Source: Podarcis gaigeae (Eukaryota). Taken from it: a stretch of DNA of 64,000 nucleotides. Below the pieces are notes generated by a model that made no database searches, was not told the origin of the DNA, and saw only the letters and a list, made by a program, of their open reading frames with translations. The translations under genes were made by a program, and so were the position numbers. Shown piece after piece: positions 39,801 to 52,859 of the stretch (position 1 is its first letter; each line of letters starts with the position of its first letter). The DNA lies in the NCBI GenBank assembly GCA_964106915.2, contig OZ066919.1; one strand, 5' to 3'.

Positions 39801-40849
39801 CAGAGGTTTCCACAGCAACAAAAGGGGAACTAGCTTTCTTTTTAAAAATAAAAAATGCATGAAAAGGAAAACAGAAAGCACACACACACCCCAAATAGTC
39901 CTCAGAAGATTGTCCCTTTTAGTTAGATTTAAGTGAGATTTAAGAGGAAAACTCTCCTCTTCAAATTCTGGAAACAATTCACATGAACTTGCACAAGCAA
40001 AAAGGAACAAACTGTGGCTGCATGATGTTTACATCAGCAAACCTCATGTTCCAACTGTCTTCCCAATCTGCATTAGCAACTCTTATCCAAAACATAACAT
40101 GCAAACAAATTACAGGACTACCCACTCTGCTTTTCAGAATGTAAGCAAAATGTGGAGAATAGCAAACACAACAGATTCCACAATTATTAGGCCGAGTTCA
40201 AATAATAATTTTACCCTATTAAGCATCACTGCATTCTAAGTTTTCAAAATAGTGCTTTTTCTTAAAATCACATTGTATAAGAAAATACTTGGCATTTTCC
40301 CAGTCATTTTAAACTTGTAACACATTTCCTAAATAATACATGTACAATGTTCTTCACTTTGATTACAGCAAGACGCTTTTCTTTAAAGCAGTTACTAAAA
40401 AATGATGCTTTTGTCCTTGAGATGCATTTCCTGTAAACGGGAAACTGCAATGCAGCACCTTTCAACTACTGTATACCCAGGTGGGACAACCTCTATGGCC
40501 TTGAAAGATGCCTAAGATTTTATTTGCTTTTATATCACATTTTAAAAGTAACTTCCCAAGAGTAAAGTTAGAGAATCTCAGTCTAGAGCATAATACAAAT
40601 CCTCAGTGTACTGATTCCCAAATGAAGTTGATTCCTTATAATATGTAATGTGCATCTTATGCTGTATACCATTCAGCAGTTGCTGCTTTGTCATTTATTT
40701 TAATTTGTTCTCATTTTTCTTCCCCCGGCTCATCTTTAGCTATCTCAGTTATTAATTCAGTGTTCCCCCTCCCCCATTCTCATGCACAGAAGAGCAAACT
40801 ATGGTTCATGAAAATCTGAAAATCTACAAGTGCTTCCCAAAGTTAATCT

Positions 40850-40851
<2 letters not shown>

Positions 40852-40896
<45 letters not shown>
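40852..40896. repeat. (CA)n microsatellite
   Basis: Read directly from the sequence. Confidence 0.97.
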
Positions 40897-40900
<4 letters not shown>

Positions 40901-43424
40901 CACATATATGACTGGACAAGAAATGTATAAAGTCTACCATTTCAGAGTAGACTACACTAAAATCCAAAACTAGGCTGCTCAAACAAGGATTCTTCTCCAT
41001 GAGCTGTCAGGTCAGAATACAGAAGGAAAATACATAATTACAATATAAAAGAAAAGACCCAGTGAAGAAGATTTTAAAAGGAGAGGAAACTGCACCACTA
41101 TTCAAACCCTGCATAACATCTCCCACCACCCACAACAACAGGTTATGCCAGCTGCAGCTGTTGAAAGTTCAGGTCCGACAACACAAGGAGGGCCACAAGT
41201 TATCTACCTTTGTTCTAGTAACTTTCCTCAATTATTTTGAGCAAGTAGGCAATGTTTAAATATGTTGTTTTTGTTCTTCAGTGGATTGGAATAGGTCATA
41301 AGGGGAAGTTCCTATTCAAATAGATGGTTTGACAGTTTTTTAAAAAAGAAAATAAAAAGCTCCAAGATGTAGAAGCAGCTCGGACCTTCATAAAACAATT
41401 AAAACTCTGAAGATAACGTGGTTCTCTTCTCAGATATTGGTAGCAATTCCTTTGACCAATAAATGAAGTAAAACAAATGCAAAATGCAGCAGCAGGGATC
41501 CAAAATGGCACATACAGTATTCTTGCACTCAGGTGATTTTTCTCTTCCCTTCCCAACACCCTCAAAACCTTTCAGGACTGAAGGACACTCTGGAACACCA
41601 ACTCACGTATAAGACATGAGCAGCTGCTGCTGAAAAGCAGCATTTTCTTTCCCCAACATGCACAAGTGTGCTTTTCCAGACACACAGGGAGGTGGGAAGT
41701 TTAGTGCTTAGACTTGGCAAGTGTATGCAGTCATGTTTCTGTGTCATGAATTCCTACTATGGTTTGCTTTAACGAAAAAAGACATTGAAACAAAACCTGA
41801 AGGCAGAAGCAGCCTCCCATAGATGTATGTGTTGCTGGATAACATACTCAGCACAAACTGCACTTCCCAGATGGCCTACATTGTCATGGGTATGACCCAA
41901 AATATCCAGAATCAAAAACACATGGAAAAGCCTTGCTTGTTCTGAACATTTCTGTTTTTCTTTGAAAAAGGAACTGGGCATATGGCAGCTCTCTTTAAGC
42001 TCAAGCATTAAAGGCTTTTGTTGTGGAAGCTAAAAGCTCCACAGTAAGTTCTCCCCACATACCCATATTATCTACACCTCATCAACTGCAGTTTGCTTTA
42101 AATATTATTGCCATTACTAAATGCAACAAGATAACTGGAGTACACAATAAATTCTATATATGGGCAAAATCCAGTTGAGGATTATTCTGTTTTCTCTGGA
42201 AGAAGCATAGCATCACAATTTTGTATGACCAAGGACTGCATAGTACACAAGCCTAGGCCAGGGTTTTAGTTTTATGAAGTAATTTTCACAATAGGTACAT
42301 ACTTCAACACAAACTGGAATGCAATTAGAACAATATATTCAGACATTAAATATAGAATGTCTGCTGTAAATCAAAATTTGAGTAGGTAAAATGGCCATGC
42401 AGAAAACTTGTTAAACTTCTTCACCTCAATTAACAGTGGAACATGTAGATAGAGAACTTAGCTTATGCCACTCCCACATCTGCTCTAAGTAATATGTATT
42501 GCTATGCCATTGGACAAGATAAGAAAAAGAGTGAGAAAGTGAGTGTTCAATGACATTAATGGGTTACTCGTACCATAGACCAAGGTCCTGCAGCCTCAAT
42601 CCTTGTAATTAAAAAGTGGCAAGGGGCACACTTCAAATAATTCTTCTTATTGACCAGACGCTAAAGGTGCATAAGAAACTAATCCAGTCAGTAAAAAGGG
42701 AAGATTGAAAGATTGGCTTATTTCCTCAGGCAGTCTTATCATCTCCTCAGACTTGTAATGTTTTGTCTATAAAATGTAATATGGTCAGAAAGTGCGGTTT
42801 TTGTCTTGCAACTTAAACTTGCAAAGGAAATTTGAATTGTCTGTCTCATGGAGTGGTCCAGTAATGAGATATTACTAAACCATTCTTTGAGGTAGGAAAA
42901 AGACTTGAAGATCATAATTCATTGGGCAAGATCTTATGCTTAGCTGCCAATTCATTCTGATCCCAAGTAGTGAAGGAGAATATATGTTGTTCTTTTGGAT
43001 TGCCAACGGATGAGGTTTTAATTTTAACATCTTTTCTCCCTCCTGTTTTTACAGTTTCATGACATTTTAATTTTTGGCCTGCAAGTCACCTTGCTTCAGT
43101 CTGAAAAATAGAGCTAGATATTTAAATAAAACATACACATTTCTGCAAGCTTTCCAACTTAAAAAATCTAAAGGTATTGATGTATTTAGTATAGATATGT
43201 TACTCAGCTGCCAAGCAGGTGTCTCATCTCACTGTACAGTACTTTAAACTTTCCAAAAATACTCATAGATGTTAAATATTCCAAGGCATTTAAAGTCCCT
43301 GTTACTCAGTGATCTTAGGCAAAGCACAGTCAAAAGACCAACAGCAAAAGAATATTCATTCATAATTTGTTTAATTACTATATGAAAAATAGGGAAAGAG
43401 GAGAATTAAGGTCAGTCTACTCAC

Positions 43425-43646
43425 CTTGAACACCTCAGAGAAGAAACCAGATCCTATTTTCTCACAAGAAAAGTCATCAAGTCGTGTAAGTCTTGAAAAG
43501 GCACTAATCAAGGCCTTGTATGAAGAAGTCCAAACTCTGCCCATCTGGGACACGTTCCCATCGCCTCCGCCACCCCCATCAAAATCTTCAACGCGCTCCA
43601 AGCGTGGTGGAAATCCTGCTATTGAATTTCGCTTACTCCGATCCAT
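43425..43646 (-). CDS. TESK2: TESK2 exon 2, coding part (ATG; glycine-rich loop). Whole exon 43425-43732 including 86 nt of 5' UTR
   Basis: [18 protein letters not shown]...[13 protein letters not shown]. Acceptor ttccttcatttttag|TAT at 43732; donor AAG|gtgagt; phase 0. Confidence 0.97.
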
Positions 43647-43988
43647 CTTGCAAACAATATGGTTCCTTTAGGAAGAAGAGGAGCTTTCACATCCTAGGTG
43701 CTCAATTTGTTTTTCTTCTCTCTGGCCGTATACTAAAAATGAAGGAAAAAGAATTGAACCATTTTCTTGTCCCAAATCCATTGATAGAATGGTCAAGATG
43801 AAGCTATAAAAGTATAATTCTACTTGGGTGGATGTGAAGGGGAAAAGGTGCACAATGCTTGATCCCAGGTTTGCAATCAATCTGTGGTCAGAATTGACTC
43901 TAGGGGAGCAGAGAAGTTAGCTTCGCAAAACTTGGGGTACCTTTTCTTTTAGTCTCAAAAAAACCAATAACATTAATATCGTGAACTA

Positions 43989-44208
43989 CAGTCATACCTC
44001 GGGTTAAAGATGCTTCAGGTTGCGTCCCGTGGCAACCCGGAAGTAACGGAACAGGTTTCGCCGCTCGAGCATGCACAGATGCTCAAAATGACGTCACGCG
44101 CATGCACAGAAGCGGTGAATCGCAACCCGTGCACACGTGGGTTGCGTTCTGCTCAGGTTGAGAATGGGGCTCCAGAACAGATCCCATTCGCAACCAGAGG
44201 TACCACTG
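43989..44208. mobile_element. Tc1/mariner (Tigger/pogo-like) MITE
   Basis: TA|CAGTCATACCTCGGGTT ... AACCAGAGGTACCACTG|TA; TA target duplication; CpG-rich interior. Confidence 0.85.
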
Positions 44209-44668
44209 TAATGGGATACTAAAGTGTTGCATATTTGCTTGCAAGGTTGAACACAAATGACTGCTGCCTTCTCTTGTCTTTTTGGCATCTGTTAAGGATG
44301 TTCCTCTTTCAACAAGCCTTCTAAAATCTTTATACTAACTGCTATCTGTTTCAGTTCAAACTGGTTTTATGTGTTGTTATAATATATGCAATTGTTTTAA
44401 ATGTTTATATGTGCAACTGTTTTTTTATTCTCTAAGTCACTTTGGGATTCCCTACAGGAAGAGATTCATAAATGAAAGAAAATAATAATTTCTCCTTTCA
44501 CACACAGTGTTTAACTGAATTTTTAAAATATAGTTTAACATTTTAAACTTCTAATTTTAGAATGTGCTAGATCCCTGCACCCCATTCCAGCTAGAGCACG
44601 ATGAATAGTGAAGCAATCCTCCACACACATATCTCAGCATGGTGAGGATGCAGTCAGTCCAACATAAA

Positions 44669-45040
44669 AAAGGTAAAGGTAAAGGACCCCTGATGATTAA
44701 GTACAGTCAAAGGTGATTATGGGGTCCAGCACTCATCTTGCTTCAGGTTGAGGGAGCCAGCGTTTGTCCACAGACAGGTTTCTGGGTCATGTGGCCAACA
44801 TGACTAAACCGCATCTGGCACAACGGAACGCTGTGATGGAAGCCAGAGTGCACGGAAACGCCATTTACCTTCCCATTGCAGTGGTACCTATTTATCTACT
44901 TGCACTGGTGTGTTTTTGAACTGCTAGGTTGGCAGAAGTTGGGACAGAGCAATGGGAGCTCACCCTATCCTGCAGATTCAAACTGCCGACCTTCAGCAAG
45001 CCCAAGAGGCTCAGTGGTTTAGACCACAGTGCCACCTGCT
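44669..45040 (-). mobile_element. Sauria SINE (Squam1), near full length
   Basis: Shares blocks with the 56.9 kb copy (gggtcatgtggcca, tacctatttatctacttgcact, ctcagtggtttagaccaca) and has the (ACCTTT)n tail. Confidence 0.9.
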
Positions 45041-45159
45041 CTCTGCAGCTGTGCTGTGCTGAGATCCCTGCTTGCCCCAGAGATTCAAGGGAGAGCTCTC
45101 TCAAGAGCCAGCAGCAATGTGTTGCACTACTGATCCGTAGTTGATATTTTCACCTGAAG

Positions 45160-45935
45160 TTTACAGTTGGGAGTTTTTTAGTTTAGAGAAAAGACGGGGG
45201 GCATAACAGAGGGGTGTAAAATTATACATGGAGTGGAGAAAATGGATAAGGAAAAGGTTTTCTTCCTCTCTCATAGTATTAGAATTTGGGGGCATCCAAT
45301 GATTCTGGTTATTAGAAGAGTCAGTACAGACAAACAGAGCTATGGAATTTGTGGTGGCCATGAATTTGGATGGCGTTGAAAAAGGATCAGACAAATTCAT
45401 GGAAGATTGTTAGTATTTTTCAAGAGAGATTAAAGGGCACACTGGAACTTCAGGTTTGTGCAATTACAATTAATTAAAGTCCTCTGACTAGCACTACAGA
45501 TCCACTTTAAAAACTCAGACTTTCTGCAGATTACTAAGTGATGAGGAAAACACATTGAAAAGTGTAAGATGAACAAATGATGACCAAGATATGTAAGCAG
45601 AATGAAATCTCATTGAGATAAAACTGCCCCATAAACAAATCAGAACAAGTGTTCAGTAAATACCAGGCATAGTCTATCTGCCACATAAGCTTTGTGCAAG
45701 CAAATTAGGGGGAATGCCAAACAAGCAGGTGGACTATAGGAGCCTTAAGGCCATTAATGGCTACTAGCCATGACTGCTATGTTCTATCACCACTGTCATA
45801 GGCAGTACACCTCTGAATAGCAGTTCCTGGGAATCACAAGCGGCAAGAATGCTGTGGCCCTCATGTTCTGCTTGTAGGCTTTTCTTAGGCATCTGGTAGG
45901 CCACTTTGGCCTGACCCAGTAGGACTTTTATTATG
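45160..45935 (+). mobile_element. CR1-type LINE 3' end in two pieces (45160-45408, 45748-45935)
   Basis: FSLEKRR...YKIIHGVEKMDKE...GHPM...NLDGxxKGSDKFME remnants, later followed by a 3' UTR ending ttttattatgtt. Confidence 0.7.
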
Positions 45936-46416
45936 TTGTTACCTAGAAGAATTGTAGCAATTGACTCACAAGGCCACTCAACCACTAACCTAGCGGTCAC
46001 TGCCATGATGCCCATGAAGGCCTTATCTGGTGCCCCAGAATTAAGAATGATTCTCAGATTCCCAGTTTTCATTTTAAATAGATTTTATAGCATTTTCAGA
46101 ATAAGAGATATGAGGTAAATGCCCAGACACCATTATTTGCTTTTGTACCAAATCAGCCTGTTCAACCCTTTCCATGCTTTACTACCCCCACCATATTTTT
46201 TGGTCACCTTGTACATTTCGCTGGTACTGGGGAATGCTCCCTGTTGTCAACAGAAAGCAGCAACAGCATTGTATTTGAGGGGGGAAATCAGAATTGTTTA
46301 ATCTCCACAATCAGAATTTCTGGGGGTAAGGAGGAGCAATGACTATACCCGCCCTATTTTGGGGTTTTGCCATGCTCACCTGCCCCCATGGCAGCCAAGC
46401 AGTATAGAAATGAAAA

Positions 46417-46457
46417 TGATGATGGTGATGATGATGATGGTGGTGGTGGTGGTGGTG
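46417..46457. repeat. (GAT)n(GGT)n compound trinucleotide repeat
   Basis: Read directly from the sequence. Confidence 0.95.
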
Positions 46458-49400
46458 TGTTATGCCTCTCTTCCTTATGGTAGCCAGAGGTATCACAACA
46501 ATCAATCAACATAAATATTGTTAAATCTTGTGATTGATGACCACAAGACTTTCTCAAAATTTAAGATGTGAATGCTGGTCTAAAAAAGTTAGTGCCCACT
46601 GTATTAATCTATTGGATTGCCTTGGTATGTCATTTATAGGTAGTTTATCTTGCTTCCACCTTTCTCTGTAAGGCAAGGGAAATTTTTCACCCACAAATTA
46701 TCACTTTTTACAATGCTTTGAAAATGCGGTATCAGCATCTTCTACATCTTACCTTTTGTGAAGTATTTTAAATGCATAGCCTCTGTCAGTGATTAACTGC
46801 TTCTCCAAAAAGAAAACTCCTAGTTTTAGCTAGCGCTATCATATTTCTCACTTCCCACAGATGGAATCAGTCCCAAGAGGTGACCTTCTTTACCCTGTAC
46901 TATTCTGGTTCAGGCAGAGCCTGTCACTACATAGTGTACTAGTATGGTGGAAATTAATTCACATTATAAAAGGACGTCTCACATTAGCAAAGCAAAGTCT
47001 AAACCCAATAAAGTGACCAGGCATCAATTTTCTGAATGGAGCCAGGGAGTCTCAAATTTATACTTCACACCGGACAGACTGGTATTTTTAATCTTGGAAC
47101 GTAGTTGTGGTGCAAAAACAAACAAACAAAAAACCTCACACAGAATTCATTCCTTCAGTGCTTGTGCCAGTTAACATGTAGGGAACTTTCAACTACTATA
47201 ACCAAATTAAAGAACACAGTTACAATTGCCCATTCTAATTCTCTAATCTGGACCTAGCTTGCCTCCCCAAGAAGATGCCCCCCAAAAACTGAATTTCACA
47301 TCTCTCTAGTACAACTGAGGAAGGTGGAAGATGGATTAGTGTGTATACCATGAATTGCAGCTTGTGTCTTCCAAAAAGTGAGAGCATTACATGTTTCTCC
47401 CCAAACTACATGCACTATCTCCTTATTCACTTCTACCTACCCAAAAGTTTTCATACTTGCTCAGGCCCTGCACCCATGACACCTAAATGTATATTTCGTG
47501 TTCAGAGGCAGTATATACCAAATGCTACAGAAGAACAGGGCTAATTGTGATACAGTACTCTCATGACCTACTTGAATTCCCAGAGACTTTTATTGGTCAC
47601 TGCTGGAAACAGGATGCTGAACTAGATGGAATACAAAGCAGTGGTGGGGCCTGAACCCCAAATTTGTTCTTGCAACATTTTACGTAAGACAAGCGAATGT
47701 GTTTGACACAAGTGAATTGCCCAAGGCTATGAACAAAGTACTGTACAAGGCAAATCTGAGGTCTATGCTACAAACATTAAATTCCTCAATTCAATTTCCC
47801 CTTTAATTTACTCTTGAACACTTATTTCCTTCTGCTTTCTTTCAACCCATTTTTCTGTTACCACCTGCCTAACTCTCCTTATATGCAACCACTCTTCTCT
47901 TCCTACAACTTAAGAAAACAGGACAGCATAAAAGTCAAAGGGCATCAGTTGTCCAATCAACAGCTGTGCACCAGCATCCTGATCACCCTCCTGCCTCTAC
48001 AATCACTACCTTCCACTGTATTTTAGTGGAGGCAGTCATGCACTACTCAGTGCAAGACAATAGGGGCCTGTAAATCCTTTTAGCATTCCTGTACATGCTC
48101 TGATAACTCACTCAGAGGCTGTAATTATTTTAAAATATTTTTTCCCCTTCAATTTGACAGATTTTAAAGTGAACATGTTTTCAGAAAGCTCCTCGCTAAA
48201 TTTTATTTTATTTAAATTACATGACTGCATATCAATTTCCAATAATTTTTAAAAATAATATTTTTGAATGACAAACCTGCCAGCATATTGGATATACTGT
48301 AAAGTTGTAATTACCCAAATGTGAAACTCAATAGATGACTTACAGTCAGTTACAATTACAATCTCCCACTCTGCTTTGTAAGGTTATGGGATGGATGAAA
48401 TAAAATAGTCCACATAAGCCACTCTGAGCACCCTTGAAGGAAGATAATGTACCAGAATAAAACCATTTGTGTTTATTTTTTTATTCCTCTTCAATCTTGT
48501 GTTCCTGTTCAGATATGCCTAGTTACAGCATATACTAATAGAAGCTAGCCATGTGGTTTACTCCAGAAGGGAGAGAGCAGAAGTTCTCCAGAAACAGTTG
48601 TAGAGCACAGAAATACTTGGAAATGCCAGTTCTTAAATGGGAGGTGTATTTGTGTGTAACTTTCCTACCAAGATGCACGAAAAGAGCTGACATTTAAAAA
48701 AGAGCATTCTAGACTTCAAAAAATATTTGATTGTGATCAAAGGACAAAGTAAGCCAACTTTTTATTTTCAGACCCCTGCAATAATCTGCCTTTGTTTTGT
48801 CTGGAGCTAATGGGAGGTGTAACCCCAAACACTTGGAGGGCAATAGCTAACACGGTAAACTATTGAACAGCTCAGTGGCCCATCTATCTCATTATCCTGA
48901 CCTACACAACATGCTTCAGGTAATTCCCATTCTGCCTGCCCAAAGTGCAGGCCAGCAGATATAATACCCCATGGATTTCCACCAGCTGTAACCTGTAGAA
49001 AACCCCATACTGGGTATTCCAGACAGGGAGAGATTGAACATGTCCAGAATTTTCTAGTTCCCAATCTAGGCCTGACAGCCACACCAGAGCAGGTTTTACC
49101 TGGTCCCCACCTTCCATTGCAGACAGCAGGGGCAGCAGGGCTAAAGATGCAACAGTGGTTCCATTCCTCAATCACACCCTGCTGCTGCTCAGCCAGGGTT
49201 AGAATAGCTCTGCCAATTATAAAAGGAATCCATGTCTGTAAGAGTATTACCAGCATAAGCAAATCTAAGGCAACAAAAGGATTCATTGCAGAACCAGAGG
49301 AAAGACAGACTTTCTGGAAAAATGAAAGTATGAGCAGAAGCCTAGCCCTGTGGGTAAGGAAATTGGACAGATAGTGCTTTGTTATTCATTCACACAAGGA

Positions 49401-49654
49401 ACAGTCGTTGTCAGCTTTTATTTTTCAATTTACAGGATATCAGAACCTAACAAAAGCCACAATGGAAGCATGACAAAGTCTGTGGACATAGCTTATTCAA
49501 AATATTTTTGTTCTCTTGAATTATGGCTTACAACAATGCAGACTTGGGCACCTACAGAACACTTACAGAAGTGCAAACATAGCAATTTAAACACAGGGTT
49601 GTATCCAATGTTGTCTGTGAATAAGCAAAGCAGACTTCTGCTCACACAACAATG

Positions 49655-50050
49655 ACACTTCAGTCATTTTAAAAAATAATAATAATAAAAAAGTGAACAG
49701 GCAACTTGTTTGATTATTGGTGAGCAATCTTATCTAGGTCATGATTTATAGAGGAAAGGTGCAATCTATATGCATTTACTTCACCACCATCTCTCTCCCC
49801 TGCACCTCCAAAGCTGCTCTGGAGGGTTGGGAAAGAAGAGGACATTGCGCAAGCCAAAGTCCACTTGCACAACATTGCATTCCATCCATGTGCTACAGCT
49901 AAAGACATTATTAATAAGAGTTCTACACTTCAGTCATTTGAAAAAATAATAATAATAATAAAAGTGAACAGGCAACTTGTTTGATCATTGGTGAGCAATC
50001 TTATCTAGGTCATGATTTATAGAGGAAAGGTGCAATCTATATGCATTTAC
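49655..50050 (+). repeat. ~125-bp near-identical direct duplication (49655-49779 and 49925-50050)
   Basis: Both copies read acacttcagtcattt...gtgaacaggcaacttgtttgat...gtgcaatctatatgcatttac, differing by about 3 changes. Confidence 0.97.
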
Positions 50051-50307
50051 GTCAGCATGTGTTCTGCTATCAAGATGCAAGTCCGCAAGAGCTTTTCCAG
50101 ACTTATCCTTTCACTGACAAATAGTTGTTGCAAGATATCTTTCCTGCACTTCAACTGCAGGAAAGTCATATTCACACAAGAGAGATCCGTAACTTTATTA
50201 CTCCAGCAGTCCACCTAATGGTTAGTGGCCACAACAACTCTCATGATGGAAATGCTCTACATACACCGTACCATTTTTAAAAAATTAGACTGATTAAGTG
50301 GCTGAAC

Positions 50308-50443
50308 CAGGCATAGGCAAACTTGGACCTCCAGATGTTTTGGGACTACAACTCCCATCACCCCTAGCTAACAGGGCCAGTGGTCAGGGATGATGGGAGT
50401 TGTAGTCCCAAAACATCTGGAGGGCCAAGTTTGCCTATGCCTG
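50308..50443. mobile_element. Palindromic hAT-type MITE (~50-bp near-perfect inverted arms)
   Basis: CAGGCATAGGCAAACTTGG...ggactacaactcccatca / tgatgggagttgtagtcc...CCAAGTTTGCCTATGCCTG. Confidence 0.9.
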
Positions 50444-51454
50444 GAACAATACTTACTGCAGTGATCATTTAACTTGTTTAATATTACAAACTTGGAAACA
50501 CAAGCAAGCTACCTCCCTACATATTTTTTGTATTATGTATAATTTCCCCTATCTAGTATGCACTCTTTTTTAAAGGCAAAAGCAGTGAACAGGCAATCCC
50601 GCCAGAGCACAGCTTCCCTTATGTATCCTATGAGACATTAAATTGCATTGCTGGTGCTGGACTGGGACTGGAATATAACATCAAAACTGTTTTCCTTTTT
50701 TTAAATCACCAGGAAATGCCCTAAGTTACACAAAGCAATGCTTGGCTACAAATAAGGACCTCACAAGTGACCAGTCACAAGATACAGTTAGAGACCACAT
50801 ATCTCACCAATTACAAGAAACTGGTGACAGATAAGAGAATATGGCTGTTACCATTATGTCCTATGACTGTGTTAGACTAGATGTACTGAATCAGATCCAG
50901 GGTCCAGGCCTTATGCTCTTAAATACGAGTGCATAGTCAGGATTGTTTAATACACATTAGTTATGCTTTAACTGTGAAGAGGTCCCAAGTATATAGTCTC
51001 ACTTTGTAAATTAAAAACATTTCAGTAGAACATAGATGCCTGAGAACAGTCGACTGCTGATTTACATTATCAATCCTCTACACAAAGCTGTTTCTTTTCT
51101 AAAGCATCAATTTGCAAAACAGTATATAAAATGCAAAGTTCCTGTGCGCATATGCAAGTAGTAATTCCAGACAGAAACCAAAATGCCAACAGAGAATGGC
51201 CCATTGTCCCCTTCCTATTCTATTGTTATTGCAAATGTTTCCTTGGTGGGATTTTTTTATTTTACTCTTGCCACAACCTATCATATATATTAGGAAACAA
51301 ACTCAAATAGCCAAGTTTTCATAGAAAACCAGAGTACAGATTATTAGATTAGGAAAAATATTTATACAGTATCTACACTTTTGCAACCAATATTGTCCTT
51401 TAGAATGCCCGTCTACTATCATATTCCTTATAACTATTCTATTCATTTTCTCCA

Positions 51455-51570
51455 CATACTTATTCTACATCACTATCATGCCATCATTTACTTGCCTTTT
51501 TCTAAACTAAAAGAGTCCCAAATAGTGTCATTTTTCATCACAAGGGAGTTGCTCTATCCCCTTTTCATGT
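51455..51570 (-). mobile_element. CR1 ORF2 fragment
   Basis: Minus strand ttgggactctttTagtttagaaaaaaggcaag (LGLFSLEKR). Confidence 0.55.
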
Positions 51571-52859
51571 AGTAGTTTGCCTCTAAATGGAAGTGAAGCA
51601 AACCACTATTATAAAAGAATGCTTAGATGAACAGTATACTCGCTCAGAAAAGTAATACATCTTACACTATTGTAGAATATATATATATATATTTAATATA
51701 GCCATTATTCTTTAATATGCATTTCTTTAAACTCAAGAGAAATGGCAGAAAAAATGTTATTGAAATGGTGAGACATGTGACACACACTTCACCATTTTCA
51801 CTCTTTCACACCAAGAACAAACAATGAAAGTATTTATGATGCATACACTAATGTAAAAGGCCTTTGAATGCCTTATCTCAGGTTTTAAATTGCAAAAGTC
51901 TTATTTACTTTGTAGATCTACAAAGCAAGGTAGGGCTGGAATTCAAGTGCAATTCAAAAAAATGTTTTATTCAGAATTGCAGATACTGAATTCTATGTAG
52001 CTTTCTAACAAATAGAAAACTTCAACAACAAACTTTACAAAAACTATAGGAACAATGTCAAAGAAAAAGTGTGTCAACTTCAGAGGCAATTAATCAACAA
52101 CCTAAATAAGTGACAAAAAGTATATAGTCCTACTCTACATACGACAGTTTATTATACCTTCCATTAAAAGCAAACCCATGTGCAACATAAACAAAGACAA
52201 AACGATAATTAAACCATCACAGTGAGCATTCAACTTTCCCATTCAAGTAAGAGCAGCCCTTTTCATGGAAACAACTACCCAGAAGCAACAGCAGCAGAGC
52301 TCTGGGATTAAGCAACGCTGGATATTTCCAATTGCATCTTTCAAAGCATCCCAACAAAGACAAACCTTCTGAACCAAAATCAGTAAGATGATGAGATTCA
52401 TTACTTGAAAAGTTCTGGGCATTAAACGGCATGGTGGAGGCTGGCAGAGAGAAAAAGAAAAAGGCAAGGAAGTCATCTCCCCCCTTCCCCTTCATCATCT
52501 TTACCTCACACCCTCAGCCAGGTGGCTAAACACTCCTCCATCTTTGACCAGTTCCTCCCATTGGGGACCAAAAGAAAGGCTTTGCATTACTTTTTAGGGC
52601 TTTTTTTAAAGGGAAAGATGAGAGAATGGGAGTTCTCCAAAGTGCTGTCAAACTACTAAAGAATCTCCTCGCCCTCGTGTTCCTGCCCTCGCACTTTTCC
52701 TTCACAACACTCCCACAAAATGCACAACTTGGGACAGCCCCCCCAACCTTTCTCTACCTAAGAGGCCCCCAGCCTCGCTCCTCAGGCTCCCGTCTTCAGG
52801 AACTCACTCTGTGACAGTCATGTTCCTCAACATCACTACAAAGGGGGTGGGAAGGGGAA

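Noticed and set aside
46311-46557. Poly-His and poly-Pro/Ser ORFs
   Set aside because: Translations of the (GAT)n(GGT)n microsatellite.
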